This document shows positions 22,086-38,299 of a stretch of DNA of 54,416 nucleotides, piece after piece. The stretch is from Prorocentrum cordatum (taxonomy: Eukaryota): contig CAUYUJ010000243.1 in the NCBI GenBank assembly GCA_963575745.1, positions 62,001 through 116,416 on the forward strand, given 5' to 3'. The translations under genes were made by a program, and so were the position numbers. The notes below the pieces were generated by a model. The model worked only from the letters and a program-made list of their open reading frames with translations, had not been told where the DNA came from and ran no database searches. The stretch's first letter is position 1. Every line of letters begins with the position of its first letter.

Positions 22086-22639
22086 TCTATTCGGACACCG
22101 CCTGGGAGGCCTAGACTGCGTCGCCTGCCCCCGCAAAGAGGTTTTCTGATATAGTGTGTCCCCCCGCAGCTGGGTGCCGCAGGATATTGTCTGCCCGCCT
22201 CCCATTCCGCGCACCGCCTTGTACTCTGAAACCCCACGCTTCTGAGGAGCCCCTGTCACACTCCCAGGCATGTCTTACGATGTGTTCGTTTCAACGCAAG
22301 GCCCCAGACATCCCGACAGCTTCACGGGGAGACGGGGGAACTTTCTCGTCCGGGATCCATAACGCAGGTCTCAACGCCAAGGCTGGAGACACCTCAATTG
22401 CGCCACCAAGGTGGAACGGGCGGTCGCGGTCGAGGGACTGTGAGAAGCCGCGATGCTTCAATGAAAACGGGCAGGCGGGAAAGACGGGTGGAAATGAGGA
22501 GCAGGAACGTTAGCAGCGAGATTGGGAAATGGGGGGGAAAAGAAAAAGGCATCAAGGTATGAACAGAAAGGGAGTACGGGAAGGGACTGAAATCACTGCA
22601 GCCACTTCCCAGGCGTTGCTCCCCTTCGCACCGCCCGTC

Positions 22640-22800
22640 CTCCCCCTCCCTCCTCCTCCTCCTCCTCCTCCTCCTCCTCCTCCTCCTCCTCCTCCTCCTC
22701 CTCCTCCTCCTCCTCCCTCCTCCTCCTCCTCCTCCTCCTCCTCCTCCTCCTCCCCTCCTCCTCCCCCTCCCCCTCCCCCTCCCCCTCCTCATCCATCCCA
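22640..22800. repeat. (CCT)n microsatellite
   Basis: Directly visible. Confidence 0.95.
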
Positions 22801-25375
22801 CCCCTCGTCATCCTCCTTCATCCTGATTTCCCCTGCCCCCCCCATCCTTTTCGGCATCCTCGCCCCTCCATGATTACACATTACGAATACTACGCCACTC
22901 TCTCCCCTGACTCCGTGCGCCAGATATTCGGCCCTATCCGCGTGCTGCTGTTTGCGCAACACATGTCGCATATTGTGTTGTTATGGACAGGAGGTGTTGC
23001 AATCCCATTGATTATGTTTTTTTTCCGGATCGGCACTGTGCTCCCGCCGTTCAGAATGGTGCTCTCGCCCCAACGCAGAGCTGTGTGCTTCCTGGATCCG
23101 AACCATTCACTCTTGTTATTTCCCATGCTTGCCTCCCCCTGCTCCTCCGGTTTTTCCCGCTCTTGATCATCCCCCTTCTCATCCGCCACCTCCTCCTCCT
23201 CCTCCTTCTCCTCCCTTTCCTCCTCCTCTTCTTCCTATACACGCAATTATCCTCGATGTTCCCAATCGCGCATGACAGAATTGGGTATGTTTGTTGGAAT
23301 TCCAGGTCGGTTCTAACACGCTTTCGCGGGTAGGGAAAACAACAACAAGTTGGGACGGATGACAGGGATAGGATGTCCGACGAAGCGCGAACGCACCTAC
23401 TTTGCCCCTCTCCCTCTCTTCCGCAAACTCTTGCTGCTCCTCCCCTTTCTCCTGCTCGTCCGCCTTCCGCCATCCGTCCTCCTCCCCATCCTCCCCCCAC
23501 TGATGGGGAGGAGAGGGAGGACGGGGACGAGCGGGGAAAAAGGAGGGGGAAGACTTCCGCTCCTCCCTCCTCCTCCTCTTCCTCCGTCCCCCTCCTCCCT
23601 CCCTCCTCCTGCCTCCTGCCTCCTCCCTTCTCCTCCTCCTCCGTCCTCGACCCTCTTACCTCCTGCCCCCCCTCCCTCCCCCCCTCCCTCTTTCCCCCTC
23701 CCCGTGGGGGGTGCCCGCGGGCGCCTCGTATGGGCGCCCCGCGGGGTGGCCCGCGCCGGGGCACGCGCGCCCGCGGCGCGCGGGTGCCCGCCGCTGCTCG
23801 CGCGGGCGGGCGGCCGCGGCGTTGCAACCGCGTCGCGCAGCGCCGTCCCTGGTCGTCACGAGCGGCGTCGGCGTCCAGAGGCGAGGAGTTGTTCCTCCTC
23901 CTCCCTCTTCCTTCCCCTCAGTATATCCAATCCTTCCAAATCCTTGTTTCGCCTTTTTCCTCCTCCTCCTCCTCCTCCCCGCCCTCCTCCTCCGTTTCCT
24001 CCTGCGTCCTCCTCCTTTCCGTTTCGCGTCGTCCGGGCTAGGGCATCGCATTTCCTGATCCTGGGCGTCGTGCCTCCTGATCCTCCGTCTTCCTTGTTTT
24101 CCGTTCCCTCGTCCTCCCTCTCCTCCTCCTCCCTTCTCCTCCTGTGTAATCCTGCGGCCCAGCATCCGAAGGCTTCGCTCTGCTGCTCGGAAGTGCAGGG
24201 CAGGGCGGAGCGATCGGACGGCGGACGAGGAGGGAAGCAGGGAGGGTGGAGGAGGCTCATCGAAGGGGAGGGAGACGGGAGAAGGAGGCGGAGGAGCAGG
24301 AGGAGCAGCAGGATATGGTGAGGAGGGTGAGGAGGTCAGGAGGACGGTGGGTAGGGGGAAGGGCAGGAGGAGGAGGATTGGGATTGGGATTGGGCCCGTG
24401 GGAGTTCAACTGCTGCAACTAGACGCCTGACAACACCGCCTACCTTCACAGTTAAGGGAACTCCGGGGGGCGAATCGCGATTCGCCAAACCGTCTGATGC
24501 GGCCCGGGGCACACGACGGACGCCGCTCGCCCCCACGAGCACCCCCAGGACGGCACGCAACCTACGGAGGGCCCGCTCTTGGGGACCAATGAGAGTGCTA
24601 CCGACCACCCGTCTTACCCTTGCCCGTGCCCTTGGCCCTCGAAGGCCCCCCCCTCTCTTTGGATAGTCGGGGTATTGGACACTCCAGAACCATGAGCTGA
24701 GGGCAAAGGGGGGGTCGAGGGTTCAAAACTTCAGAAGACACTAAACCCTTGCGGATTAAGTCAGCCAGCCTTTCACTCGCCCGCAGCGGATGTTGGTGAC
24801 TGACACCTCGGGATTCCGACACGGGCCCTCTGTTCACGGGCCAACTACTTGTCTGTAAGGCGCTGCTACCGCTACTGCTGCTACCTCCTTTTCCTATGCC
24901 TAAGCTGCGCCCCTCTACTTGAACTCCGCCAGCAGCTTCGACGCGTCCCGCTTCAAAGGGCCCCTCGGCGTGGGCCCGATGCGCCTCTCCGCCTTCACCG
25001 TCTCTAGCGTGGCAGTCACAATCTGCATCCAGTGCTGCGTGTCGAAGGCGACGATCAACCTGCCCTTCGGCTTGCTCTCCGTCTTGTTCTTCCACTGCCA
25101 ATGTGGAACCAGCTCCCCCACTAGTACAGCCGACGCCTTGCAGTGGTCCTCTTTGTAGAACTCGTGAGCGGGGGCCATCCACGGCTCTTGCTTCACTCCT
25201 TCTTTGTTGTGTTGCATGGCCGCCCAGTGCGTCGTCGTCGCGAAGATGGTCACGGAGGGAGGGCCCCTGCTCTGGAGGTCGACGGCTTCTCCTTGTTCTG
25301 CCTCGGCCTTGAGCTCCTCGGCCTGGCCGTTGTAGCCCGCCCCGTGCGCTCTCGTTCGTCGCCGCGAATTCTGCG

Positions 25376-29637
<4,262 letters not shown>

Positions 29638-30074
29638 CCGCCCGCCTGCGCCGCGGCCGCCCCTCGCAGGCTGTGTGCCAGGGGGGCAGGCGGGTGAGGA
29701 TAGGAAAGTGAGAGGGGCGAATAGCAGGGGGGGGCATCGGGGGGGGATCGGGAAAGGGGGAGAAGGAGCACGAGGAGGAGGAGGAGGAGGAGGAGGAGGA
29801 GGAGGAGGAGGAGGAGGAGGGGAGGATCATGAGGAGGAGGATCATGAGCAGGAGGAGGAGGGGAAATGGTGAAGGACGAGCGTGCAGGAGTAAGAGCGAA
29901 GAGGAGGAGGAGGGTTTCGATGAAGAGATGCATGAATGACAACACAAATGACTTCTGAGAGGCTTGAGCGCCGATTCCAGATATCCGTGACCTCCGACAA
30001 CTTGTTATGCTTGTGCTTGTGTGTGTGGACAGTATTATTGAAGACGTCTCCGAAGTCAACGAGGGGACGCAGGA

Positions 30075-30290
30075 TCCATTCCGATCCAATGGATTCGATT
30101 CGGTATCAATCCTGGCTGGCTCTGTCCGATTCGATTCCGATATTCCGACAATCCGTTGCGGCCTGTTATTGGTATTGCATGGTGCCGCTGTGCATCGGGG
30201 CGCGGCCGATCCGATTCGAGCTTGACTGCGTGCCGGCTCGGCCAAATCCGACGCACGTTCCGATGCGATCGGGTTACCCCAATGCGATGT
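30075..30290. repeat. ATCGG/ATTCG pentamer-rich interspersed repeat (related tracts at ~35750-35915 and ~43975-44245)
   Basis: Recurrent ccgattcgattcg / gatcggatcgg 5-mer pattern at three loci. Confidence 0.55.
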
Positions 30291-31524
30291 TCATTGATTT
30301 GTGGCTGAGCGCCACAGCCGGATACCTCTCTAGCTGCGTCGGAGGAAGAGGATGAGGAGGAGGAGGCGGTGGAGCAGGAGAGAGGAGGAGGAAGAGGAGC
30401 ACGAGGAGGAGGAGGGAGGAGGAGAGAGGAGGAGGGTGAGGCAGGAGGAGGAGGAGGAGGAGGAGGAGGAAAGGAGGTGGAGGAGGAGGAGGAGCAGGAG
30501 GAGGAGGAGGAGGGCGAGGAGGAGGAGGAGTCGAACGGTGAGGAAAAGGAGGAGGGGGCGGAGGAATACCTCCTGTTCCCCCATTCCTCCTTGCCCCCCC
30601 CCTCCCAGCCTCCTTCCATCTCTTCGTCGCCAGGGGCGATGGACGGGCGGCGTTGTGCCGTGGAAGCCTCGGGCGGGGCGCTGCTGACCACGCTAGCGGG
30701 ATGCGGCTTGTCCGCGGGCCCCTCCAGTGTGGGAGCGCGGCTGCTTTGTGTTGCTGAAGTGTTTCTATATGCAGCCGCCGCAGCGCTTCACGCTCGTTCC
30801 GGCGCCAGCAGCGCCCGTTCCGGCGCCAGTGGGAGGGATGGCGGCGCTTCGGCGCCGACGGCGTCCCGGCGGGCGTGGCGGCGCGTGCCGCGCGGCGGCC
30901 GCTCACAGAAATCTTGAAGTCCTTGGCGACGGTGCAGGGCAGGGTGCGGCGGAGGTGGGTGGCAGCGGCATGGCAGTCCACGAGGTGGTCGTGTCTTTCG
31001 ACGACGGCTGGGCAGACGATCTGCCGCCGCGCCCGTCGGGCAAGGGCGAGGGCAAGGACAACGACAAGGGCCCGCCCACCTCGCTCTCCGTCGGCATGCG
31101 TGCTCGTGTTTCCCGCGGCCCACGTATGGGCATTTCCCGCGTATCGGGTCGCTCGGCGAGGACACCGCGAAGGTCATCCTCGTGGAGGGCGGTTGAGCGG
31201 CCCCTGGCCCTCCCATCGCGGTCGTGGTCGACATGCTCGTGCCGCTGGGGCCGCTGGCGAGAGGTCGTGGCAGTGGGGCACGGTCGGGGCTCTCGCCTCA
31301 CTGCGTTACAGGACCGCCGTCCCTCCCCACCTCCCGTCACATGGTGTTCGCCGTAGGCGCACACCTGTACAGGTTGTTCTAAGCCGCGCGATACCGTAAG
31401 AATCGGTTGCGCTGCGGTTGTCTTCCCTTCATTGTTTCTTCCATTCCAGTTTCCTCCTCCCTTCCACCCTCCCTCCGGCGCGTGTGCAGATTCAGGCCAG
31501 AGGTCTCACGAAGATGCGACCCCT

Positions 31525-32395
31525 TCCTTTCCTCCTCCTCCTCCTTCTCCACCCTACTCCTCCTCCTCCTCCTCCTCCTCCTCCTCCTCCTCCTCCTCCT
31601 CCTCCCTCCTCCTCCTTCCTCCTCCTCCTACTCCTCCTCCTCCTCCTCCCCCTCCCCCTCCTCCTCCTCCTTCCTCCTCCTCCTCCCCTCCTCCTCCTCC
31701 CCCTCCCCCTCCCCCTCCGCCCTCCCCCTCCCCCCCCCCTCCTCCTCCTCCTCCTCCTCCTCCCTCCTCCTCCTCCTCCTCCATCCTCCCTCCTCCTCCT
31801 CCTCCTCCCCTCCTCCTCCTCCTCCTCCTCCCCTCTCTCCTCCTCCTCCTCCTCCTCCTCCTCTCCTCCTCCTCCTCCTCCTCCTCCTCCTCCTCCTCCT
31901 CTCCTCCCCCTCCTCCTCCTCCTCCTCCTCCTCCTCCTCCTCTCCTCCTCCTGCTCCTCCTCTCCTCCTCCCCTCCCCGCTCCTCCTCCCCTCCTTCCTC
32001 CTCCTCCTCCTCCTTCCTCCTCCCCCTCCCCCTCCCCCTCCCCCTCCCCTCCCCCTCCCACTCCTCCTCCTCCTCCCTCCTCCGCCTCCGCCTCCTCCTC
32101 CCTCCTCCTCCTCCGCCTCCTCCTCTCCTCCTCCCTCCTCCTCCTCCTCCTCCTCCTCCTCCTCCTCCCTCCTTCGCTCCTCCTCCTCCTCCGCCTCCTC
32201 CCTCCTACTCCTCCTCCTCCTCCTCCTCCTCCTCCTCCTCCTCCTCCTCCTCCTCCTCCCTCCTCTCCTCCTCCTCCTCCTCCTCCTCCCTCCTCCTCCC
32301 TCCCTCCTCCTCCTCCTTCCCGCCTCCTCCTCCTCCTCCTCCCTGCCTCAACCGCCTCCTCCGCCTCCTCCTCCTTCCCTCCTCCTCCTCCTCCC
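31525..32395. repeat. ~870-bp (CCT)n polypyrimidine microsatellite
   Basis: Directly visible. Confidence 0.97.
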
Positions 32396-32806
32396 TCGTT
32401 CACTGGTCGCCACCGTCCGCCTGGCGGCCTGCGGGCCCCGCTCGTGCCGGGCGCCGGCGCGGCGCTGCGGTGGCAGCAAGGGGAGGGGAGGAGGAGGGCA
32501 GGAGGAGCGAGGGAGGAGGGACGGAGGAACGAGGGAGGAGAGGAGGAGAAGGCAGCAAGGACAGGGGCAGCAAAGAGACGAGCAGCAAGAGGAGGGGATG
32601 AGGGAGGGCAGCAAGAAGAGGGGAGGAGGAGCGAGGGCAGCAAGGAAAGGAGAAGAGGAGGGAAACAGGAACGAGGGGGCAAGAATGATTGGAACTACGC
32701 AACAACCGCGCCGATGACCTGCCGCAAAAAGCCAGATCTAGTGAAACGAAGTGCGAACAGGGGGGGAATGGGATGGGGGACGGGGAGAGGAGAAGCATGG
32801 GGAAGA

Positions 32807-32906
32807 NNNNNNNNNNNNNNNNNNNNNNNNNNNNNNNNNNNNNNNNNNNNNNNNNNNNNNNNNNNNNNNNNNNNNNNNNNNNNNNNNNNNNNNNNNNNNN
32901 NNNNNN
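32807..32906. other. Assembly gap (100 N)
   Basis: Run of n. Confidence 1.
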
Positions 32907-32944
32907 CTCCTCCTCCTCCTCCTCCTCCTCCTCCTCATCCTCCT

Positions 32945-33478
32945 ACTAGTATTCTTGATTTTTGTATGTTTATTGTTAATATTTGTATAAATGTTAGTGA
33001 TACTTTATTGTTCCTATTATTAGTAGCAGTATTATTAGTTGTATTCGTCGTCCTCGTCTTCTTATGTTCGTTAGTATTCGCATGTTTAGTATTAGTATTA
33101 TTATTATTATTATTATTATTATTCGTATTCAGATCAGTCTGGTTATTCGTATTATTAGTCTTACTATTCATAGTATTATTAGTGTGGTGATTCGCCTGTC
33201 TTCTCTTTTTCTTATAATTACTAGTACTATTGTTATTATCATTAGACTTACAACTATTAGTATTAGTCCTCCTCCTCCTCCTCCCCCGCCTCCGTTCCGC
33301 CTCCCCATCCCCCTCCTCCTCCCCCTCCCCCTCCCCCTCCTCCTCCTCCTCCTCCTCTCCTCCTCCCCTCCCCTCCCCCTCCCCCTCCCCCTCCCCCTCC
33401 CCCTCCCCCTCCCCTCCCCCTCCTCCTCCTCCTCCATCCTCCTCCTCCTCCTCCTCCTCCTCCTCCTCCTCCTCCTCC
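32945..33478. repeat. Degenerate (TAT)n tract followed by a (CCT)n/(CCCCCT)n tract
   Basis: TAT-rich at 32945-33266; CCT-rich at 33267-33478. Confidence 0.9.
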
Positions 33479-33505
33479 TGGCTCAAGCAACCGTATTGGC
33501 TCCAG
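33479..33505 (+). other. Tandem spliced-leader relics
   Basis: TGGCTCAAG (33479-33487) equals the last 9 nt of DinoSL; CCGTATTGGCTCCAG (33491-33505) matches CCATTTTGGCTCAAG at 12/15. Confidence 0.8.
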
Positions 33506-33545
33506 GTGCCCGCTAGCCTTCCGCCAGCTTCCGTACCACAAGCCG

Positions 33546-34728
33546 ATGTGCGACTGGGAGCGTGCCGCCTGCAAGGTGACCGCCTCATATATTTCGGCGT
33601 CGATGGCGCGGCGATCTCGGCTCCAGCGCTCTGCGGCCCGCAGGGCACAGCGATCTGGCTTGGAGTTGCGCGCCGCACTGCACAAAACACCATCGGCACG
33701 GCCTCATCCTCCCCCTGGGCTTCCACAGCCAGACTGCGGCGTCCGAGGCAGGCCTCGAACGGGGTCCTGCACATGCTGGGACCAAGTACATTGTCGTGGA
33801 GGTTCCTGACCTGCGCGACACAGCCGTCGACACCCTCATCGACTCCTATTGGGAACCTTGTTTCCGGGAGTACGGCCTCGTGCAGATGGCGTTCAGAGAT
33901 TGCGCTACGCCTGTGGAAGAGGAACAGCTAGATGCTCTGTTTGACAGCCCGAAGGCGCAGCAGACCGAGTCCCGCTCAAACATAGACGCGACGCCCCAAG
34001 TGGCCAGCAGGAAGCGGAGCCACACCACCTTCGAGACCCTGGAGAGCATCGACAAGCTGAACCACAACATTGTCAACAATGTCGAGGAGGCAAACCCGCC
34101 CAACGTGGACAGCAACGAGCTGATCGTCACAACCGACGGAAACGACAAGTTCGAGCAGTGCGAGGCGGCGATGCGCAGCAACTTCGCTACCGAGGGCGAG
34201 GCTGTGGACAAACTGCCTGCCCCCGCCTCGCCTTTCATCACGAAGGTCACCGAGAACGCTAACCTGGATGACGCCTCCCTGCAGCAGGAGACCATTGAGG
34301 CACCGCCGGTGCAGCAGATCGTCGAGAGCGACACCACAGTCCAGGAGTACCGCGTCGGGGACACAGCGGTGGAGCCCACAAGCGAGGTGGCGCTGCACAA
34401 CGGCCTCGGCATGGACCCGAAGGCCGCAATAGCATCGAACGCCAACGCGGACAACACGGAGCTGAAGGACACCACCTTCACGACTCTCGAAGCCGTTCCG
34501 CGTTGGCAATACAGAGATGACAATGGATTTTGGAAGGACTTCGTGGACGCCCGTGACAGTGCCAAGTTAGGCAAGAGATATCACAAGTTCCTTCAGCACC
34601 CTGGGAAGAGCATCATCACGATATTGTTGTTCAACTCGGACGGCATGGAGGTAGATTTCAGGGCCATGGAGATGTGGCCTCTTGTGAAAGGAGGCTTTCG
34701 TAACCGTAGCAGCCTCCGCAAGCTGTAG
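33546..34728 (+). pseudogene. Intronless retrocopy encoding an acidic protein with a C-terminal WWE-like domain; one frameshift near 33700-33740
   Basis: ATG 40 nt after the SL relics; GC3-rich 310-codon frame 33796-34728 ending in RWQYRDDNGFWKDF...MEVDFRAMEM...RSSLRKL (WWE-like). The N-terminal part (MCDWER...PPPGL) is in another frame. Confidence 0.7.
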
Positions 34729-35185
34729 GGGGCTCCCTGTGCGGCGCGGGCGCGAAGATAACCGCGCCTTGGGCGGGCTCTCCGCGGGCCCCCCCTGGGG
34801 CCGCCTCGCCCGCCCCTGTGCTCGCACTGTTTGGGGCCCTCGTTCGTTTTCCCGAATAAGCCTCTAGGCCGTAGTAGGGTTTGTGATTTGGATAGGAATC
34901 CCGTCTCGGATAGCCGATTCCGCCACGAGCTCCTCTGGGCAGGGGCGCAGGCGATGGAGATAGATCGACTGTCAGCGAAGGAGACGGTAGGCTAGTGAAG
35001 ATATTCTGGCCTCGGATGGGGGCCCCCGATTTCCTTCCCTCCCTGCTGCCGTGCTCCTCAAGGAAGGCGCAACACGGCTGGTCGGCGGGTAGTGGAGAGG
35101 GAGATCGGATGTCACCCCTGAAGGTAGAGGGTTGGGTCGGGTCGGCCAACCCTCTGCCTTCCCCCCCCCCTTGAGAATGTGATGG

Positions 35186-35620
35186 TCCTCCTCCTCCTCC
35201 TCCTCCTCCCTCCTCCTCCCCCTCCTCCTCCTCCTCCTCCTCCTCCTCCTCCTCCTCCTCCTCCTCCTCCTCCTCCTCCTCCTCCTCCTCCCCTCCTCCC
35301 TCCTCCTCCTCCTCCCTCCTCCTCCTCCTCCTCCTCCTCCTCCCTCCATTTCCTCCTCCATCTCCTCCTCCTCCTCCTCCTCCTCCTCCTCCTCCTCCTC
35401 CTCCTCCTCCTCCTCCTCCTCCTCCTCCTCCTCCCCTCCCCCTCTCCTCCCCCTCCCGCTCCCCCTCCCTCTCCTTCTCCTCGCCCACCTCCTCCTCCTC
35501 CTCCTCCTCCTTCCTCCTCCTCCTCCTCTTCATCTCCTCCTCCTCCCCGTCCCTCTCCCCCTCCCCCTCCTCCTCCTCCTCCTCCTCCTCCTCCTCCTTC
35601 TCCCTCTCCTCCTCCTCCTA
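35186..35620. repeat. (CCT)n microsatellite
   Basis: Directly visible. Confidence 0.95.
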
Positions 35621-35990
35621 CCATCCATGTCGAACACTCGCGTTCTTTGGCGGGGTGGTCTGTCGGGCAATGATCAGCAATCAACTTTCCGATTCGGGGC
35701 CGATGCTTCCTCCCGTTAACCTATCCCCCTAACGTTGCCTCTGAACTGTGCGTCGGATCGGACCGCATCCGCATGGAATTGAAATCGGATCGGATCGGCC
35801 GAACAATGCTTCACGACCGCACCATGCAAGCATCAGGTCGCATCGCATCGTCGGAAAACCAGGCTCGAATCGAATCGAGCTGGCGGGAGAAGCGACATCG
35901 AATCCAATCGATAAGGGCGAGACGGACCCTGTCAAGATACCGCCTGGCAGCGGCCGGCAGTGGCACAGCTCCCGGCTCCCGAGCATGCGC

Positions 35991-36150
35991 CTCCAAGAAC
36001 ACCTCGTCCCCCGAGAATATGAGCGTGCCGGCGTCTAGCGCGGCGCCGTCGCCCGCGGCCTCCGCGCTGAGCGCCTCCTGCCGGATGCTATCAAACAGCT
36101 CGAAGGGGAAGTCCCAGGGGGCCAGGCCGACCCAGTGCTCGTCCTCTCGG
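35991..36150 (-). CDS. Candidate internal exon of a host gene (REDEHWVGLAPWDFPFELFDSIRQEALSAEAAGDGAALDAGTLIFSGDEVFLE)
   Basis: ctccttgcctgcag| acceptor, GAG|GC donor, strongly GC3-biased open frame. Confidence 0.55.
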
Positions 36151-38299
36151 CTGCAGGCAAGGAGTGACCCTACGGCAGGCTCGTGTCGTGACGACTTTGG
36201 AATTGGCTTCTGACATCGCGCGAATTGTTCAACGACGAACAGTCGGCGGCATTTCGATCGCCAGATCGTTCCATTGGACGACTCTGGGCCGCTTGCGACT
36301 TTTAACCTTGACCGCCCGCGCTGGGTTGTCGCCGCGTCGACACCATGCAACGTGTGGCAAGAACGACCTCGTGCGCGCGGCTTTTCGGGGGGGGGGACCC
36401 TGACCGCACGTGGGCCCACACCCGAGGCTGCTGCTACGAATGTGGCGGCCTCCCGACTGGGGTCCAAACATGAGGGGCAACGATAGGGGCGGACCTGGAA
36501 TCGGCGATACATCGCCGAATCCGCTCGTTCCTGGGCAGGTTGGGGCTGTCGGGCCCCTATCGGCGATCAGTGGACGATTGGGGGTCGAGGCATCCCCCCC
36601 CAGGACTGTCCCCCCCTATCGTTGCCCCTGAAAGCAGCTGGGGTCGGAGGACCGCGCCGCATCGCCGATGCTTCGCCGACGCATCGGCCACGGGATGGGG
36701 GGCTGCTCGGCTGTCGGGGGGCGGCGGGGCAGGCACCACCTTCGGTGGCAACTCATGGGGGCCTTCCATACCATCTTGTCGGCTCTTGCGAAGCAAACCT
36801 GGACGGACGCTAATCGACGCCAAATCGGCGCTAAAGACAGAACTCCGAGGGTACAAAAGGCTCCCATCATTCGCTACCGAACGCCTCCCAAGCGCGCAAG
36901 CCGCTGCCGTCGCACCGATCGGAAGACCCTCCTTGGGCCCACACCAAAGAAAACACGGGACAACCCTGGGGGAGCCGTCACGGGAGCCTCTGTGGACCCC
37001 GCGGCCGCCTCGTAAGCGTGATGTCGACCAGGTGTCGTCCAGATGTCGACCGCCCCTCTTCATCCTGTCGTCGATATTCCGTCCCAGTGCCGCCCAAAGC
37101 TTGAGCAAATCCTTTTTGAAGAAAAAGCCCAACACCGCGAGGAAACTAGGGACCCTGTGGTGCTCCCGTCAAGGACCACACGAGACAGGACGGGACCTGG
37201 GGGAAGCGGGCCCTGGACCTCTGGGGCCTTCGCCCCAGGGCCAGCGTCTCGTCCTCAGCCGCTGTCGGATACCCGCGGCGGCGCGCACAAAGGGGGTAGG
37301 GGGGAGGGGGGGGAGGCTGCTTGGAAAACGTCTTCAGAAGGGGGTTGTCGTTTTCGAGGGCGCGGGCCTCGCATCTACAGACAAGGCCCACGCCTCCCAA
37401 GAAGCAGGGGTGCTTCTAAGAAGCCCTCCCCCTGCCCAGTCCCCCCCCCTCTCTACGCGTGGCCGACCCCCCCCCGGGCCCGTGGAGGACCAGTTTCCCT
37501 CAGGATCGGCTTGTTCTTGTCGTCGTCGCGTCAAGTCATAACTCGAGCTTCGGGCGGCCATTCGGCGCGATCTGGGCAGGCCCAGCAACCCCTCGCCGCG
37601 GCGCAGCCGCTGGAGGGCACACCCAGGCCGAAACGTCGCCGACTAAACCACGAGCGCGCCTCAGGACTTCGAGGTTCGAACCGCCCATGCACCAGGGACC
37701 GTGGAAGGGAAGGTAGAAAAGAAAAGGCGACAGGACCCCGAGGCGCGAAGGGGGGGTGGGAAGGAAAGGTAAGAGAGAAGGGACAATGGGGGGGAGGAGA
37801 AGGAGGAGGAGGAGGAGGAGGAGGAGGAGGAGGAGGAGGAGGACAAGGAGAAGGAGGAGGAGGGGGAGGAGGGGGAGGAGAGGGAGGACGAACACGAGGG
37901 GAAGGGGGGGAGGAGGAGGAGGAGGAAGAGGAGGAGAAGGAGGAGGAGGAGGAAGAGGAACAACTTTTTCGGTGGAGGGGGCGCACGTCGTGCCCCACGC
38001 CCACGCGCGCCCGAGCCGCGCGCAACGCGCGCGGCCGACCCGTGCCCCCGCGCAGCCGCGGCGGCATCATCCCGCAAACGGCAGCGGCCGCCTTCGCCGC
38101 CTCCTCTCTCCAGCTCTGGCGTGTTGCGCCGAGCCTGGCCCTGCCATGCAGCAGGAAGCGGGTGGACGATCCGCCGCGCTTTGCGCGCTGCGTGCGGGCA
38201 CGCTTTGCCTCTTGTCCCTCGGCCTCCAGGCACCTGCGGTGGCGCGGGCGCCCTCGCTCGCGCACGGCAGCTGAGCACTGCGGCCGCGCGCTCGCCGAC

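Noticed and set aside
24375..24394. Interstitial telomere repeat
   Set aside because: Unit is GGGATT, not TTTAGGG or TTAGGG; only three copies; position fits a LINE tail.
33846..34574. Minus-strand ORFs of 242 and 177 aa
   Set aside because: Antisense to the GC3-rich plus-strand CDS.
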